A DNA stretch of 40,955 bases. It comes from Patescibacteria group bacterium. GTDB lineage: Bacteria > Patescibacteriota > Minisyncoccia > Phycocordibacterales > JBAYGS01. The notes beneath the pieces are model-generated. The model was not told where the DNA came from, did not search any database, and saw nothing but the letters and a program-made list of their open reading frames with translations. How positions within the stretch are numbered: position 1 is the first letter of the stretch; every line of letters begins with the position of its first letter. A program made the translations under genes and the position numbers. Shown here in pieces: positions 10,111-18,931 of this stretch. The stretch spans positions 1-40,955 of the forward strand of contig JBBTSQ010000018.1 of the NCBI GenBank assembly GCA_038078755.1, written 5' to 3'.

Positions 10111-10209
10111 GGAGTGCCTTGAGTGTGGAAGAAAGGCCGTAATTGACTTGTGTAGCGCTATGCGACACGGATTATGGACTTTCGACCACATTCAACTGTC
10201 AATATCACC

Positions 10210-10518
10210 ATGAATATCAAAGAACTCATTCAAAAGATTACTCCTGTCGCCAAAAGCAATCCAGACGAAAACGTTCACCAACTGATTACACAGGAGTGTG
10301 GCGAGAACGCAGCGATTCTACTCCTTGCGATGTTCGAGGGAATCCGTGTCCACGGTGGTGAAGTCTGTCGTATCAACGGATACGGAGACGTGCCCATTAA
10401 TGCAAAGGGGGTTCTCAGCATCTTATGTCTCCTCGATAATTTAGGGGTCACCTCAATTGAAACATTGGGCGAGCGGACTGCTAACTACCCCTTCGTCCGT
10501 CCTCGTGACCGCCGATAA
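10210..10518 (+). CDS. Hypothetical protein
   Basis: ORF (alternative start 10174) with own promoter and downstream hairpin/T run at ~10558-10597. Confidence 0.65.
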   Translation: MNIKELIQKITPVAKSNPDENVHQLITQECGENAAILLLAMFEGIRVHGGEVCRINGYGDVPINAKGVLSILCLLDNLGVTSIETLGERTANYPFVRPRDRR

Positions 10519-10626
10519 GGAACTTGCGAGGTTCAATCTCTCGTAAAACCTTCAAACAGAACGCACGACTTTCGGGTACGGCGTTCTTTTCTTTTTCCCG
10601 TCTAAATACCAACTACTAACATCTAA

Positions 10627-11256
10627 CTACTTTTTCATTTCTCCCACCTTCACCTTTGGCGGACGGATGACGCGGTCGCCGAGCTTGTAGCCTTTGTTTA
10701 TTACGAGAACGATCTTGCCGTCCTGTGCCCTGCCAGCGGCATCATCCGCGAGTGGCACCATCTCGATCGCTTCCTGCTCGAGTGGGCTGTAGTCAGCACC
10801 AATAGGATTGAGCTCGGTCAGGCCATTCTTCTGCAAGATCCCGAGAATCTGGGACTGGATATGTTCAATACCCATGCGCCAATTCTTATCTACTTTTTCC
10901 CACGCTTCGGTATTTGCTTTCGCCATTTCAAAACTATCGAGTACCGGGAGTAAGTCCAAAATCAACTCTTCATTTGCATACTTCACGAGCTCTTTTTGTC
11001 GCTCCTGATCTCTCTTGCGAGCATTGACGAACTCCGCCTTATCACGTTGCCAGCCCGTCAGATATTCAAGCTTTTGTGCGTCACTCTTTTTGAGTTTTTC
11101 TCGCAAATCTTTAAGTTTGGCCAAAGCACCCTTTTCCATCCCCTCCTCGTCGGTGTCTACCATATCATCCGTTGACCCTGTGGTGGCCACTTCTGATTCT
11201 ACCACAGTCTCATCAGTATCAGTAGCTATTTTTTTGTTTTTAGTATCATCAGTCAT
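10627..11256 (-). CDS. grpE: Nucleotide exchange factor GrpE
   Basis: WQRDKAEFVNARKR, LLPVLDSFE, KGYKLGDRVIRPPKVKV; start at ATG 11256, 8 nt after TATACT. Confidence 0.96.
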   Translation of the reverse strand: MTDDTKNKKIATDTDETVVESEVATTGSTDDMVDTDEEGMEKGALAKLKDLREKLKKSDAQKLEYLTGWQRDKAEFVNARKRDQERQKELVKYANEELILDLLPVLDSFEMAKANTEAWEKVDKNWRMGIEHIQSQILGILQKNGLTELNPIGADYSPLEQEAIEMVPLADDAAGRAQDGKIVLVINKGYKLGDRVIRPPKVKVGEMKK

Positions 11257-11341
11257 AGGGCTATAGTATATCGATTTTTTAGACGAAAGCAAATTTATCA
11301 ATAACTACACACGTTCTAGATACGTAATTCGATCAAAATCG

Positions 11342-11363
11342 CTATCTACGCTATAGCTGAGAT
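11342..11363. repeat. Left 22-bp inverted repeat flanking the Cas2/PaaX-like gene
   Basis: ctatctacgctatagctgagat is the exact reverse complement of 11786-11807. Confidence 0.92.
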
Positions 11364-11391
11364 AGTGAAAGTATATTAATATATAGTCAAT

Positions 11392-11772
11392 ATGAATCGA
11401 AAAAGAAGAATACATCGCTACAAGGGCATAGCCGTGAACTTACTCGGCATACCTGTAGACCTTTCTAGAGACAACAAAGAATGTCCCCCGAACAACATCC
11501 GATCCAGGTATCTCCGATCATTTATACCCATTAATACAAAAGGTTTACCTAAGAACCTACTGGTACTATATGATATTCCGGAGGACAAAAAGAAGGAGCG
11601 GGATTGGTTTCGTCGCCAACTACGAAGCTTTGACTTTGATATGATTCAAAGAAGTGTGTGGGTGGGACCATCGCCTTTGCCAAAGGACTTTCTGGCGTAT
11701 GTGAAGACAATAGGGCTACAAAATGAGTTTAAGATTTTTAAGCTAGCTCGCCCATACAAAAAAATAGTCTAA
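11392..11772 (+). CDS. PaaX-central-domain/Cas2-like ferredoxin-fold protein
   Basis: LVLYDIPEDKKKERDWFRRQL..F..IQRSVWVGP pattern; no recognisable wHTH; no cas1 or array nearby. Confidence 0.8.
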   Translation: MNRKRRIHRYKGIAVNLLGIPVDLSRDNKECPPNNIRSRYLRSFIPINTKGLPKNLLVLYDIPEDKKKERDWFRRQLRSFDFDMIQRSVWVGPSPLPKDFLAYVKTIGLQNEFKIFKLARPYKKIV

Positions 11773-11785
11773 GGTGTCTACACTC

Positions 11786-11807
11786 ATCTCAGCTATAGCG
11801 TAGATAG
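11786..11807. repeat. Right 22-bp inverted repeat flanking the Cas2/PaaX-like gene
   Basis: atctcagctatagcgtagatag. Confidence 0.92.
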
Positions 11808-11931
11808 TACAATATATTTATATAAAATAAATAGTACAACCCGGGAATGATCTGTGGGATTACGGATACTGATTGACAGAGTCACAAAACTGACTATTCT
11901 GGATAGAGAACTGTTTTTTGAAAGGAAACAT

Positions 11932-12858
11932 ATGACTACAATCCCAGCTATTCCTGACGGTCTCTTGCCTATCTCAAAAAGTCGGGCGATTCGCCTACTC
12001 CTTCTTGGTCTGAGAGACCACGATGACAGAGTCACCAAGTCATTACTCAGACTATCTGAAAATATTCAATTGCCTGATGACGTCTCTCGAATGTGGGGAG
12101 CGTGCCGATTTTGGCACGGGCAGAAGAATATACATGTCGGTGAGTCTGCTACCGTGCTTCGCTTTTTGTGGTGGTTCAACCAAGTCCAAAAAGCCGGTAA
12201 GAATTTTGTCAGAAAGAAGACTCTTCTTGATAGAGAGATCACCCTCGATCCTGAAATGCTGTCGTGGACAATCTTTGACCTTTTGGACAAATCGAAAGTT
12301 CCCGAAGGCACCAGTCAGCTTGCGAGCGCGGCGAGCCTCTGTACACCATGGCAGTATGTACGTGTGACAACCAAGTGCCCACATCAATTACAGATTACCT
12401 ACCAGGTGCTGGATGAGTGGAATGTGTATTTGAAAACGGGAAAACTTCCCGAAGCAGGGATTGATCCTACTATCGAAGCTCAAGCGAAGGCCTTTATACG
12501 TGTGAATACGGGTGGCGAATGGCAATTTGAAATGGCTCAACAAGAAGACTTCCCGTTTGCGTATATCATGCTCGGGGAGTGGGCTCTGACCGAAGCGAAA
12601 AAACAATGGCCTAGTCTCGCTAATCACGAAAGCAATCGATTCACTGAGGTGGAGCAAGCAAAAAATGAGTGGCTCACTATGAATACCGTGAGTAGCCGTG
12701 ACCACCGAGTCATCCAAGCTGTCGCTCTGTTCGCGCTCCTCAAAGGGTATAAGCCGAAAAAAATTAAGGCTGGAATAAAATATCCAGAGGCTGTGGCCAA
12801 GAGTTGGCCAGCATTTTACCACTTTCTCGATTGGGCGTATGAAAATAGCCGAAAGTAG
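11932..12858 (+). CDS. Divergent, shortened EPSP synthase (AroA)-like enolpyruvyl transferase
   Basis: Motifs in AroA order: SKSRAIR, VGESATVLRF, TSQLASA, HESNR, DHRV, VAKSWPAF; GAAAGG RBS before ATG 11932; TTGACA-16-TATTCT upstream. Confidence 0.72.
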   Translation: MTTIPAIPDGLLPISKSRAIRLLLLGLRDHDDRVTKSLLRLSENIQLPDDVSRMWGACRFWHGQKNIHVGESATVLRFLWWFNQVQKAGKNFVRKKTLLDREITLDPEMLSWTIFDLLDKSKVPEGTSQLASAASLCTPWQYVRVTTKCPHQLQITYQVLDEWNVYLKTGKLPEAGIDPTIEAQAKAFIRVNTGGEWQFEMAQQEDFPFAYIMLGEWALTEAKKQWPSLANHESNRFTEVEQAKNEWLTMNTVSSRDHRVIQAVALFALLKGYKPKKIKAGIKYPEAVAKSWPAFYHFLDWAYENSRK

Positions 12859-12866
12859 TTTTCACA

Positions 12867-12893
12867 GCCACTGACGAAAGTCGGTGGTTTTTT
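12867..12893 (+). terminator. Intrinsic terminator
   Basis: gccactgac-gaaa-gtcggtggt followed by T run. Confidence 0.85.
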
Positions 12894-12973
12894 GTTTGTA
12901 GAAGATACTTGACAAACATACTTTTCCAAGTAATGTAAGTTGTAGAAACAGCACCTTGAACATTCAAACACGT

Positions 12974-13420
12974 ATGCAACCAACAAAAACCATACTCCTT
13001 TGCACGACAATCAGTCAGGTTCGTCACAAAGAAGCTAACGCTCTTTTGGGGGAATTATACCTGGAGATGGCCAAAGCAGGTTTTGATATTGCAGGAACGG
13101 GCCTTGGTGGCTTCTCAGAAGTCTATTCAATCACCCCGAAGCCTTGGCGCGATGGTATCATCCTGCTGTATGCCAAATTGCCCGATGAGCCTCACGACAT
13201 TCCCATCGTGACCCCAAAAGGAAGTAAACTCATTCCGGTAATTTGCATCGCCCCACTTGACCACCGTCCTGCACACGAGCGTGCAAGTAAGCGACTATGT
13301 CTTGGACTTTCTCCGGGACAGAGGTATGTCTTTGTTCCCCTAGAATCTGGCCTATCGCCAGTCGAGTATCAGCAAGTGGCTGAATCAATATGTAAAACAC
13401 TTACTGAGCTGACTGCATAG
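12974..13420 (+). CDS. Hypothetical protein
   Basis: ORF with TTGACA at 12909, leader GCACCTTGAACA and terminator at ~13442-13480. Confidence 0.7.
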   Translation: MQPTKTILLCTTISQVRHKEANALLGELYLEMAKAGFDIAGTGLGGFSEVYSITPKPWRDGIILLYAKLPDEPHDIPIVTPKGSKLIPVICIAPLDHRPAHERASKRLCLGLSPGQRYVFVPLESGLSPVEYQQVAESICKTLTELTA

Positions 13421-13494
13421 TTATTGCCAAAGACTTCACGCAACCACCTACTACCCGAAAGGTTTGGGTGGTTTTTTATTTGAGCAAAAAGAAA

Positions 13495-13527
13495 AAGCAT
13501 CAATTTTGCGGAGCAAAATTGATGCTT
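13495..13527 (-). terminator. 15-bp perfect hairpin, terminator of the 14085 gene
   Basis: aagcatcaattttgc-gga-gcaaaattgatgctt with A run on the left. Confidence 0.75.
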
Positions 13528-13533
13528 GATTAA

Positions 13534-14085
13534 TTAAGTGGTCGACTTCTCCCGACCAAATAGAAAGAGAAGTACCTGACCACTTTCCTTCTCCGAACGC
13601 CTGAAATCGCATTCGGTGCGAATCCTACCTCTTTGGAGCCACAAGTCGTCGTGTCGATTACAGAGCTCTCTGTATCGCAGGTGAGTGTTTTCCACAAACA
13701 GAGCCCATTGGTACACACTAAGAAAGCCGGCATTGTCCTCCTTTGCAGCAACAAGCTCGGCGTGCACACGATCCCTTTCCACCCTTACCTCAGTGATCTG
13801 AACCTCAAGACAAAGTGAGGCAAAATGGGCTAAGTCGTTCATTGAGTAGCCTATTTCGGCTTCAGTGAAGCTAAACTTCGCGACCCATGCCTTGAGTGTA
13901 TTGAGGCACTGTAGTGGATCAGTGTTTTTGACTGACAGCAAGCTCGGAATCAAATTTTCTTTGATCATCCGAAGTGTCCGAATCCGAAGACGGGTGAGGT
14001 GCTGTTTGGGCTTCCAGAAGAGGAAATACCAGCCAAACGGTACCGCAAAACACAGGAAAACCACCAACCAATGTTTGAATTGCAT
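13534..14085 (-). CDS. Hypothetical protein with N-terminal membrane anchor
   Basis: GAAAGG RBS before ATG 14085; TTGCCA-17-TATTTT promoter at 14146-14118; hydrophobic N-terminus. Confidence 0.7.
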   Translation of the reverse strand: MQFKHWLVVFLCFAVPFGWYFLFWKPKQHLTRLRIRTLRMIKENLIPSLLSVKNTDPLQCLNTLKAWVAKFSFTEAEIGYSMNDLAHFASLCLEVQITEVRVERDRVHAELVAAKEDNAGFLSVYQWALFVENTHLRYRELCNRHDDLWLQRGRIRTECDFRRSEKESGQVLLFLFGREKSTT

Positions 14086-14187
14086 AAGAAGACCTTTCAA
14101 ATTACTGTTCCATAGTGAAAATAGCACGGTGAGTCCAAATTGGCAAGAAAAAAACCACCCCTCGAACAAATCGAGAGATGGCTTGAA

Positions 14188-14769
14188 TTATTTTACCTCC
14201 ACCGGCAACATCGCTGGCTTCCTGCAAGTAAGCACGGTTAATGCGACGCAGAGTCCGATGCAAACCATCGGGTAAAAACGCTCTTCAATCGTCCAGCTTT
14301 TGCCGCCGAGAAACGAAAGAATATTTGCAACAGTATACCCGCCCCAAATGTAGGGACTGCCAGCAGTTTCAGGCTTCTTCCATGCGGCTACCAGTTGAGG
14401 GATTGTCGCAATGGCCATGGCCGTTGAGCTCGCGACGGTGGCTGCTCGATCACCGCTTACTGACCAGATGATAAGACAAACCACCACCAATGCCGAGATT
14501 ACTGTCTCGAGCCATGTCCAACTGAATTGCTTTTTATAGAGCAGGATGCCGGTAATCAGCGCTCCGAAGAATGTGTAAAAGAGAGCGAGCTGATAGTTAC
14601 CTCCCTTAAACAACATACTCAAGGCCGCGATGAGATCAAGCAGTGCCCATAAAAACCACGTAGCAAAGCTCTGCTCAATCTCTTTGAACAACCCTTTGAT
14701 CAAAAAGACGTATGTGAGCATGGCCACCGCAAGACTTGAAAAGACAAAAAACTGTTCGGGTGAATCCAT
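14188..14769 (-). CDS. Multi-pass membrane protein (PQ-loop-like)
   Basis: About 7 hydrophobic segments, TIPQL motif; TTGTAT-17-TATGAT promoter, GTTCTTTAAAC leader, GAAAGG RBS, terminator at ~14148-14184. Confidence 0.75.
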   Translation of the reverse strand: MDSPEQFFVFSSLAVAMLTYVFLIKGLFKEIEQSFATWFLWALLDLIAALSMLFKGGNYQLALFYTFFGALITGILLYKKQFSWTWLETVISALVVVCLIIWSVSGDRAATVASSTAMAIATIPQLVAAWKKPETAGSPYIWGGYTVANILSFLGGKSWTIEERFYPMVCIGLCVALTVLTCRKPAMLPVEVK

Positions 14770-14865
14770 ATCACGCCTTTCTTTCGGGAGTTTAAAGAAC
14801 GGTTACTATCTGCACTAATCATAGCATAAATAGACGGAAAATACAAGTATTTTGTGGTAAGAAAA

Positions 14866-14893
14866 AAACTGCGACCAGTGATGGTCGCAGTTT
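14866..14893 (-). terminator. Intrinsic terminator
   Basis: aaactgcgacca-gtga-tggtcgcagttt with A run on the left. Confidence 0.8.
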
Positions 14894-14911
14894 GCGAAAG
14901 AACTTCTTGAC

Positions 14912-15286
14912 CTACTTTGTTACACTCGCAACCGCAGGAGTCGGGGTCTTATCCCGAAAGGTGACAAAGTAGCCGACGCAGCCGCCCCAGTCGGAATCAA
15001 AGGGTACGGGATTATCTTGTGACAATATTTTGTTACCCATCATCCTGACAATGTCTGGAGTCATTGCAGTGACTTCTTTTTCAGGGTGCAACTCCAAAAA
15101 CTGACTGAGCTGTTTTCCAAACTCAGTACGAGTGTAGGGGAAATAAAAGACGTTGGATCCATAGGAGAGGACTTTTTCCCCACGCTGCTCGCTTGAACTG
15201 ACTGTTTTTTTAACCGAAGCGGGATCGCATCCAGACACGATGAACGTGAGAGCGAGCACAGAAGCCAACAAGAGACATTTTTTCAT
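14912..15286 (-). CDS. Putative lipoprotein
   Basis: MKK + hydrophobic stretch + lipobox VSGC; TTGCAT-17-TATAAT promoter (15375-15347); GAAAGG RBS. Confidence 0.75.
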   Translation of the reverse strand: MKKCLLLASVLALTFIVSGCDPASVKKTVSSSEQRGEKVLSYGSNVFYFPYTRTEFGKQLSQFLELHPEKEVTAMTPDIVRMMGNKILSQDNPVPFDSDWGGCVGYFVTFRDKTPTPAVASVTK

Positions 15287-15432
15287 ATAACCTTTCAGTT
15301 GTTTTTTGAGGAACGTAGGGTACTATTTAGTACCCTTTCTATTTTCATTATAGCATACTATACTATAAAATGCAAGCTTTTGGGGTGATTACAGAGTTTT
15401 TCGTTAAAATATGGCTCTATATAGGCTCAGAA

Positions 15433-15471
15433 AAAAGAATGGCTCACGGGTTACCAGTGAGCCATTCTTTT
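15433..15471. repeat. GGCTCAC/GTGAGCC hairpin family, copy 1
   Basis: aaaagaatggctcac-9nt-gtgagccattctttt. Confidence 0.85.
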
Positions 15472-15573
15472 AGTTTTTAACGCTTAGACCACTTGTGTCG
15501 CTCTCGCTCTTTGGAAACCTCGTCTACAGATGCACATCATCTACCGATGTGCCAAGGTTTTCCAATTCAAGAT

Positions 15574-15623
15574 AAAATCCCTCCTGCATCAGAATGCAGT
15601 GCTCCCTTTAAAAAGGGAGAATT
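15574..15623. repeat. ~50-bp REP-like unit (copy of 9863-9914, inverted)
   Basis: aaaatccctcctgcatcagaatgcagtgctcccttt..aaagggagaatt. Confidence 0.85.
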
Positions 15624-15633
15624 AAAATCTAGT

Positions 15634-15662
15634 AAAAAAGTCCGCATAAGGCGGACTTTTTT
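15634..15662 (-). terminator. Bidirectional-type terminator after rpsI
   Basis: aaaaaagtccgc-ataag-gcggactttttt. Confidence 0.85.
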
Positions 15663-15666
15663 GAAA

Positions 15667-16071
15667 CTAACGTTTCGACCATTGCGGAGATTTGCGTGCT
15701 TTCTTCAAACCGAACTTGCGGCGCTCTTTGGCTCGGGGATCGCGCTTGAGGAAGCCGAGCTTCTTCAATTTGCCACGGAGAGAGAGGTCAAACTCAAGGA
15801 GGGCTCGAGAGATGCCGTGTCGCACTGCTTCTGCTTGACCATTAATTCCCCCACCGTTTACTTTTGCAGATACACTAAAAAATTCTGTCGGCTTTGATTT
15901 TACCAAAGGATCAGTGACCGCCATCTGGTGTTCTTTTATTGGAAAATACTGTTCGAGCTTTCGATCATTTACTACCACCGAGTTCTTGTCAGACTTGGTG
16001 ATACGCACCCGAGCCACCGCCGTCTTTCGACGACCGACTGCTTCAAAATATGTGTGTGTTGCGGTGGTCAT
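15667..16071 (-). CDS. rpsI: 30S ribosomal protein S9
   Basis: GRRKTAVARV, GGGINGQAEA, KARKSPQWSKR. Confidence 0.98.
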   Translation of the reverse strand: MTTATHTYFEAVGRRKTAVARVRITKSDKNSVVVNDRKLEQYFPIKEHQMAVTDPLVKSKPTEFFSVSAKVNGGGINGQAEAVRHGISRALLEFDLSLRGKLKKLGFLKRDPRAKERRKFGLKKARKSPQWSKR

Positions 16072-16072
16072 A

Positions 16073-16417
16073 TTATTCAGTAACGGTTAAGTGCTTCATC
16101 ATAGTCTTGGTCAGTTTATTGTGTGGAATCATTCGGTAGACCGCTTTACGGAAAAGCTCGGCAAAACCATGCTTTTCGATAACACTGTCCATGGTCTCCT
16201 TTACAATACCTCCCGGGTAGCCCGAATAGCGAGTATATAGCTTTTGCTCACGCTTCTTTTCGGTAATATCAGCTTTTGACGCATTAACAATAGTCACCTC
16301 GACGTTCGGCACTGCATTTTTAACAAACGAGGTAGTATTTTTTCCCATAAGAATAGTAGCCGCTTCAGAAGCGATTCGGCCAAGTTTCTTATTTTTTGCG
16401 TCAAGTGTGTATTTCAT
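16073..16417 (-). CDS. rplM: 50S ribosomal protein L13 (short form)
   Basis: LDA...LGRIAS, YTRYSGYPGG, AVYRMIP. Confidence 0.96.
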   Translation of the reverse strand: MKYTLDAKNKKLGRIASEAATILMGKNTTSFVKNAVPNVEVTIVNASKADITEKKREQKLYTRYSGYPGGIVKETMDSVIEKHGFAELFRKAVYRMIPHNKLTKTMMKHLTVTE

Positions 16418-16455
16418 ATTTGAAGTTGTATCCTATATCAAAACGTATGGTTTGT

Positions 16456-16809
16456 CTATCCAACGAACTCAATCTGTGCCATCTTTGCACCGTCTGACAA
16501 TCGACGACCGAGCTTTATGATTCGTGTATAGCCCCCTGCTCGAGTCTTGTACTTTGGCGCGATCACGGTCATGAGTTTTTCGGTTGGACTACCATCACCC
16601 ACTCGAGAGGCGATCACTCGGCGAGAAGCAATTGTTCCATCTTTTGCCTTAGTAACAAGCTTTTCGACGATTGGACGAATTTCTTTCGCCTTGGCTTCGG
16701 TCGTCTTGATTTTCTCTTTCAACACAAGAGAGCGCGCGAGCGATTTTAGCATCGCGGTACGCACGCCCACCTCTCGTCCAAATACTCGGTTTTTCTTGTG
16801 TTTTCGCAT
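16456..16809 (-). CDS. rplQ: 50S ribosomal protein L17
   Basis: IKTTEAKAKE, RAGGYTRIIK. Confidence 0.97.
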   Translation of the reverse strand: MRKHKKNRVFGREVGVRTAMLKSLARSLVLKEKIKTTEAKAKEIRPIVEKLVTKAKDGTIASRRVIASRVGDGSPTEKLMTVIAPKYKTRAGGYTRIIKLGRRLSDGAKMAQIEFVG

Positions 16810-16813
16810 ATAA

Positions 16814-17782
16814 TTATTTTAATGTAATACCGTAATTCGACAACGCCTTTTTGATTTCCTGAATACCTTTTGCACCAAGACCGTCGATGTCGAGCAAGTC
16901 CACTTCTTTCTTTCGCGACAACCCGCCGATTGTGCGGATGTTTGCTGTCGCGAGCGCATTGGCAGTACGTGCAGAAAAATCAAGCGTCTCAATACGAGTC
17001 TTCAAAAATTCAGTGTCAATTGGCTTCTTCTCTGTCGCGCCTTTTTCTGTTTTAGCACCTTCACTCTCAAGATCAGCGACTGGCTCCTCTTCTTTAAAGC
17101 CGACAATCGCTTTGAGTTGTGCAATCATAATCGAGATCGCTTCCTCGAGCGCCTCCTTTGGAGTGATAGTGCCATCAGTTTCAATACACATACGGACGCG
17201 GTTGAAATCGGTACGGTCACCAACACGCATATTTTCAACCTCATAATTCACTCGCCGAATCGGGGTGAAGATCGCATCGAGGGCGATTGAGCCGATATCA
17301 ACTCGGTCCTTCATCAACACTTCTTTCGATACAAAACCCAAACCTTTTTCAACACGCATCTCAATGGTAAGGTCGGCGTTCTTTTCAGTCAAATGCGCAA
17401 TCACGAGATCAGGATTAAGAATCTCAATTTGACCCGGAGCTTTGATATCAGAAGCTTTTACTTCTTTGACTCCCTTGACCTTGATGGTCAATTCTTGTGG
17501 CTCATCGGTGAGCATCTTGATGCGCACTTTCTTGAGATGAAGCAGGAGGGTGATAACATCCTCTTTGACACCCGGAATAGCTGAAAATTCATGACTAACG
17601 CCATTAATTTTCACTTGAGTAATCGCAGCTCCCGGCAGAGACGAGAGGATAATGCGACGAAGTGAATTGCCCAGAGTATGACCGTAGCCCGGATACAATG
17701 AGTCAATTTCGTAGATTCCAGTGAAGTCTTCTTCACGAACAATCTTCGGCTTTGATGGCAACACGACGTTGTGTAAAGGCAT
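16814..17782 (-). CDS. rpoA: RNA polymerase alpha subunit
   Basis: GYGHTLGNSLRRIILSS, HEFSAIPGVKED, alpha-CTD. Confidence 0.99.
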   Translation of the reverse strand: MPLHNVVLPSKPKIVREEDFTGIYEIDSLYPGYGHTLGNSLRRIILSSLPGAAITQVKINGVSHEFSAIPGVKEDVITLLLHLKKVRIKMLTDEPQELTIKVKGVKEVKASDIKAPGQIEILNPDLVIAHLTEKNADLTIEMRVEKGLGFVSKEVLMKDRVDIGSIALDAIFTPIRRVNYEVENMRVGDRTDFNRVRMCIETDGTITPKEALEEAISIMIAQLKAIVGFKEEEPVADLESEGAKTEKGATEKKPIDTEFLKTRIETLDFSARTANALATANIRTIGGLSRKKEVDLLDIDGLGAKGIQEIKKALSNYGITLK

Positions 17783-17850
17783 AAAAAATGCGTAAATACT
17801 TAGTTAATAACGGTTTTAAATTATACACCAACCCATACTTTTGTGCAAGA

Positions 17851-18468
17851 CTATCGACTATAGAACTCGATAACTGATGATAAATCGAATACCGAACTGG
17901 TGGAATTGTATGTCGGTACGCCGACAATCTCCCATTCGCGCTTTGTGGCATCAAATTTGATCCACGTTGGTACGCCCGCTTTTTTGATCATTTCATCGAC
18001 ATCTTTAAAGAGCGGTTTCTTGGCACTACCATCACGGATGCGAATCTTGTCTCCAATAGACACCTGAAATGACGGGATGTCAGTCTTGGTACCATTGATC
18101 ATCAGGTGACCGTGATTAACCATCTGTCGTGCCGCTTGTCGTGAACGGACAAGGCCGAGACGGTAAATAACATTGTCTAATCGGCATTCAAGTCGCTCAT
18201 AGAGATGGCTAGCTGGACTTACTTTTCTCTGTGAAAGCGCCGTCTTCGCATAGCCCTTGAACTGACGTTCACCGACCCCGTAGGTGTAACGCGCCTTCTG
18301 CTTCTCAAGCATCTGAACAGCAAATTGAGTGCCAGTACCTGGACGCTTACTCTTTTTCCCCCCTTCTTCTTTTCGAGATTGAGACACCGCAAATTTTTGA
18401 GTCTGTGTCTTATCAAAAATGCCGGGACCTAAACGGCGAGCTATTTTGTATCGTGGACCAATGCGCAT
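17851..18468 (-). CDS. rpsD: 30S ribosomal protein S4
   Basis: EKQKAR, RLDNVIYRLG, ARQMVNHGH, VIEFYSR. Confidence 0.98.
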   Translation of the reverse strand: MRIGPRYKIARRLGPGIFDKTQTQKFAVSQSRKEEGGKKSKRPGTGTQFAVQMLEKQKARYTYGVGERQFKGYAKTALSQRKVSPASHLYERLECRLDNVIYRLGLVRSRQAARQMVNHGHLMINGTKTDIPSFQVSIGDKIRIRDGSAKKPLFKDVDEMIKKAGVPTWIKFDATKREWEIVGVPTYNSTSSVFDLSSVIEFYSR

Positions 18469-18491
18469 AGTAGTAAATTAAATATAAAAGA

Positions 18492-18923
18492 TTATACTCG
18501 GCGGGGCTTTTTCGGTTTTGGACCGTTGTGTGGGACCGGAGTCACGTCTTTGATTGATGAAATACTGATACCGCGAGCCACAAAGCTTCGAACGGCTGAT
18601 TCTCGACCAGAGCCGACACCATTGATGACCACCGCAATTTCTTTAAGCCCCAGAGCGATGCCCTTTTCAGCGAGCACCTCGCCTACTTTTGCTGCAGCAA
18701 AAGGCGTACCCTTCTTTGCACCTTTAAATCCGAGTGCGCCAGCAGAAGACGCTGCAATCGCATTGCCTTTTGGATCTGCCAAAAGTACCTTGGTGTTATT
18801 GTAGGTAGACTGCACAAAAAGCATCCCCGTATCAAGACGCTTCTTAGCAGAAACTTTTGGAGCGGATGCTCCTTTTTCACCCTCCTTCACTTCTCCGGTT
18901 GTAACAATTCTTTTTTTACCCAT
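18492..18923 (-). CDS. rpsK: 30S ribosomal protein S11
   Basis: STYNNT, KKGTPFAA, DVTPVPHNG. Confidence 0.98.
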   Translation of the reverse strand: MGKKRIVTTGEVKEGEKGASAPKVSAKKRLDTGMLFVQSTYNNTKVLLADPKGNAIAASSAGALGFKGAKKGTPFAAAKVGEVLAEKGIALGLKEIAVVINGVGSGRESAVRSFVARGISISSIKDVTPVPHNGPKPKKPRRV

Positions 18924-18931
18924 AAAATTAA

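Noticed and set aside
10111-10209. Possible riboswitch in the ~100-nt leader of the 10210 gene
   Set aside because: Only short 4-6 bp complementarities and no recognisable aptamer consensus; not supportable without folding and covariation.
11392-11772. CRISPR-Cas locus suggested by the Cas2-like motif
   Set aside because: No cas1 or effector genes and no repeat-spacer array anywhere in the window.
12860-15400. Integron cassette array
   Set aside because: The genes have their own promoters and mixed orientation; no repeated attC (RYYYAAC...GTTRRRY) structure or intI was seen.
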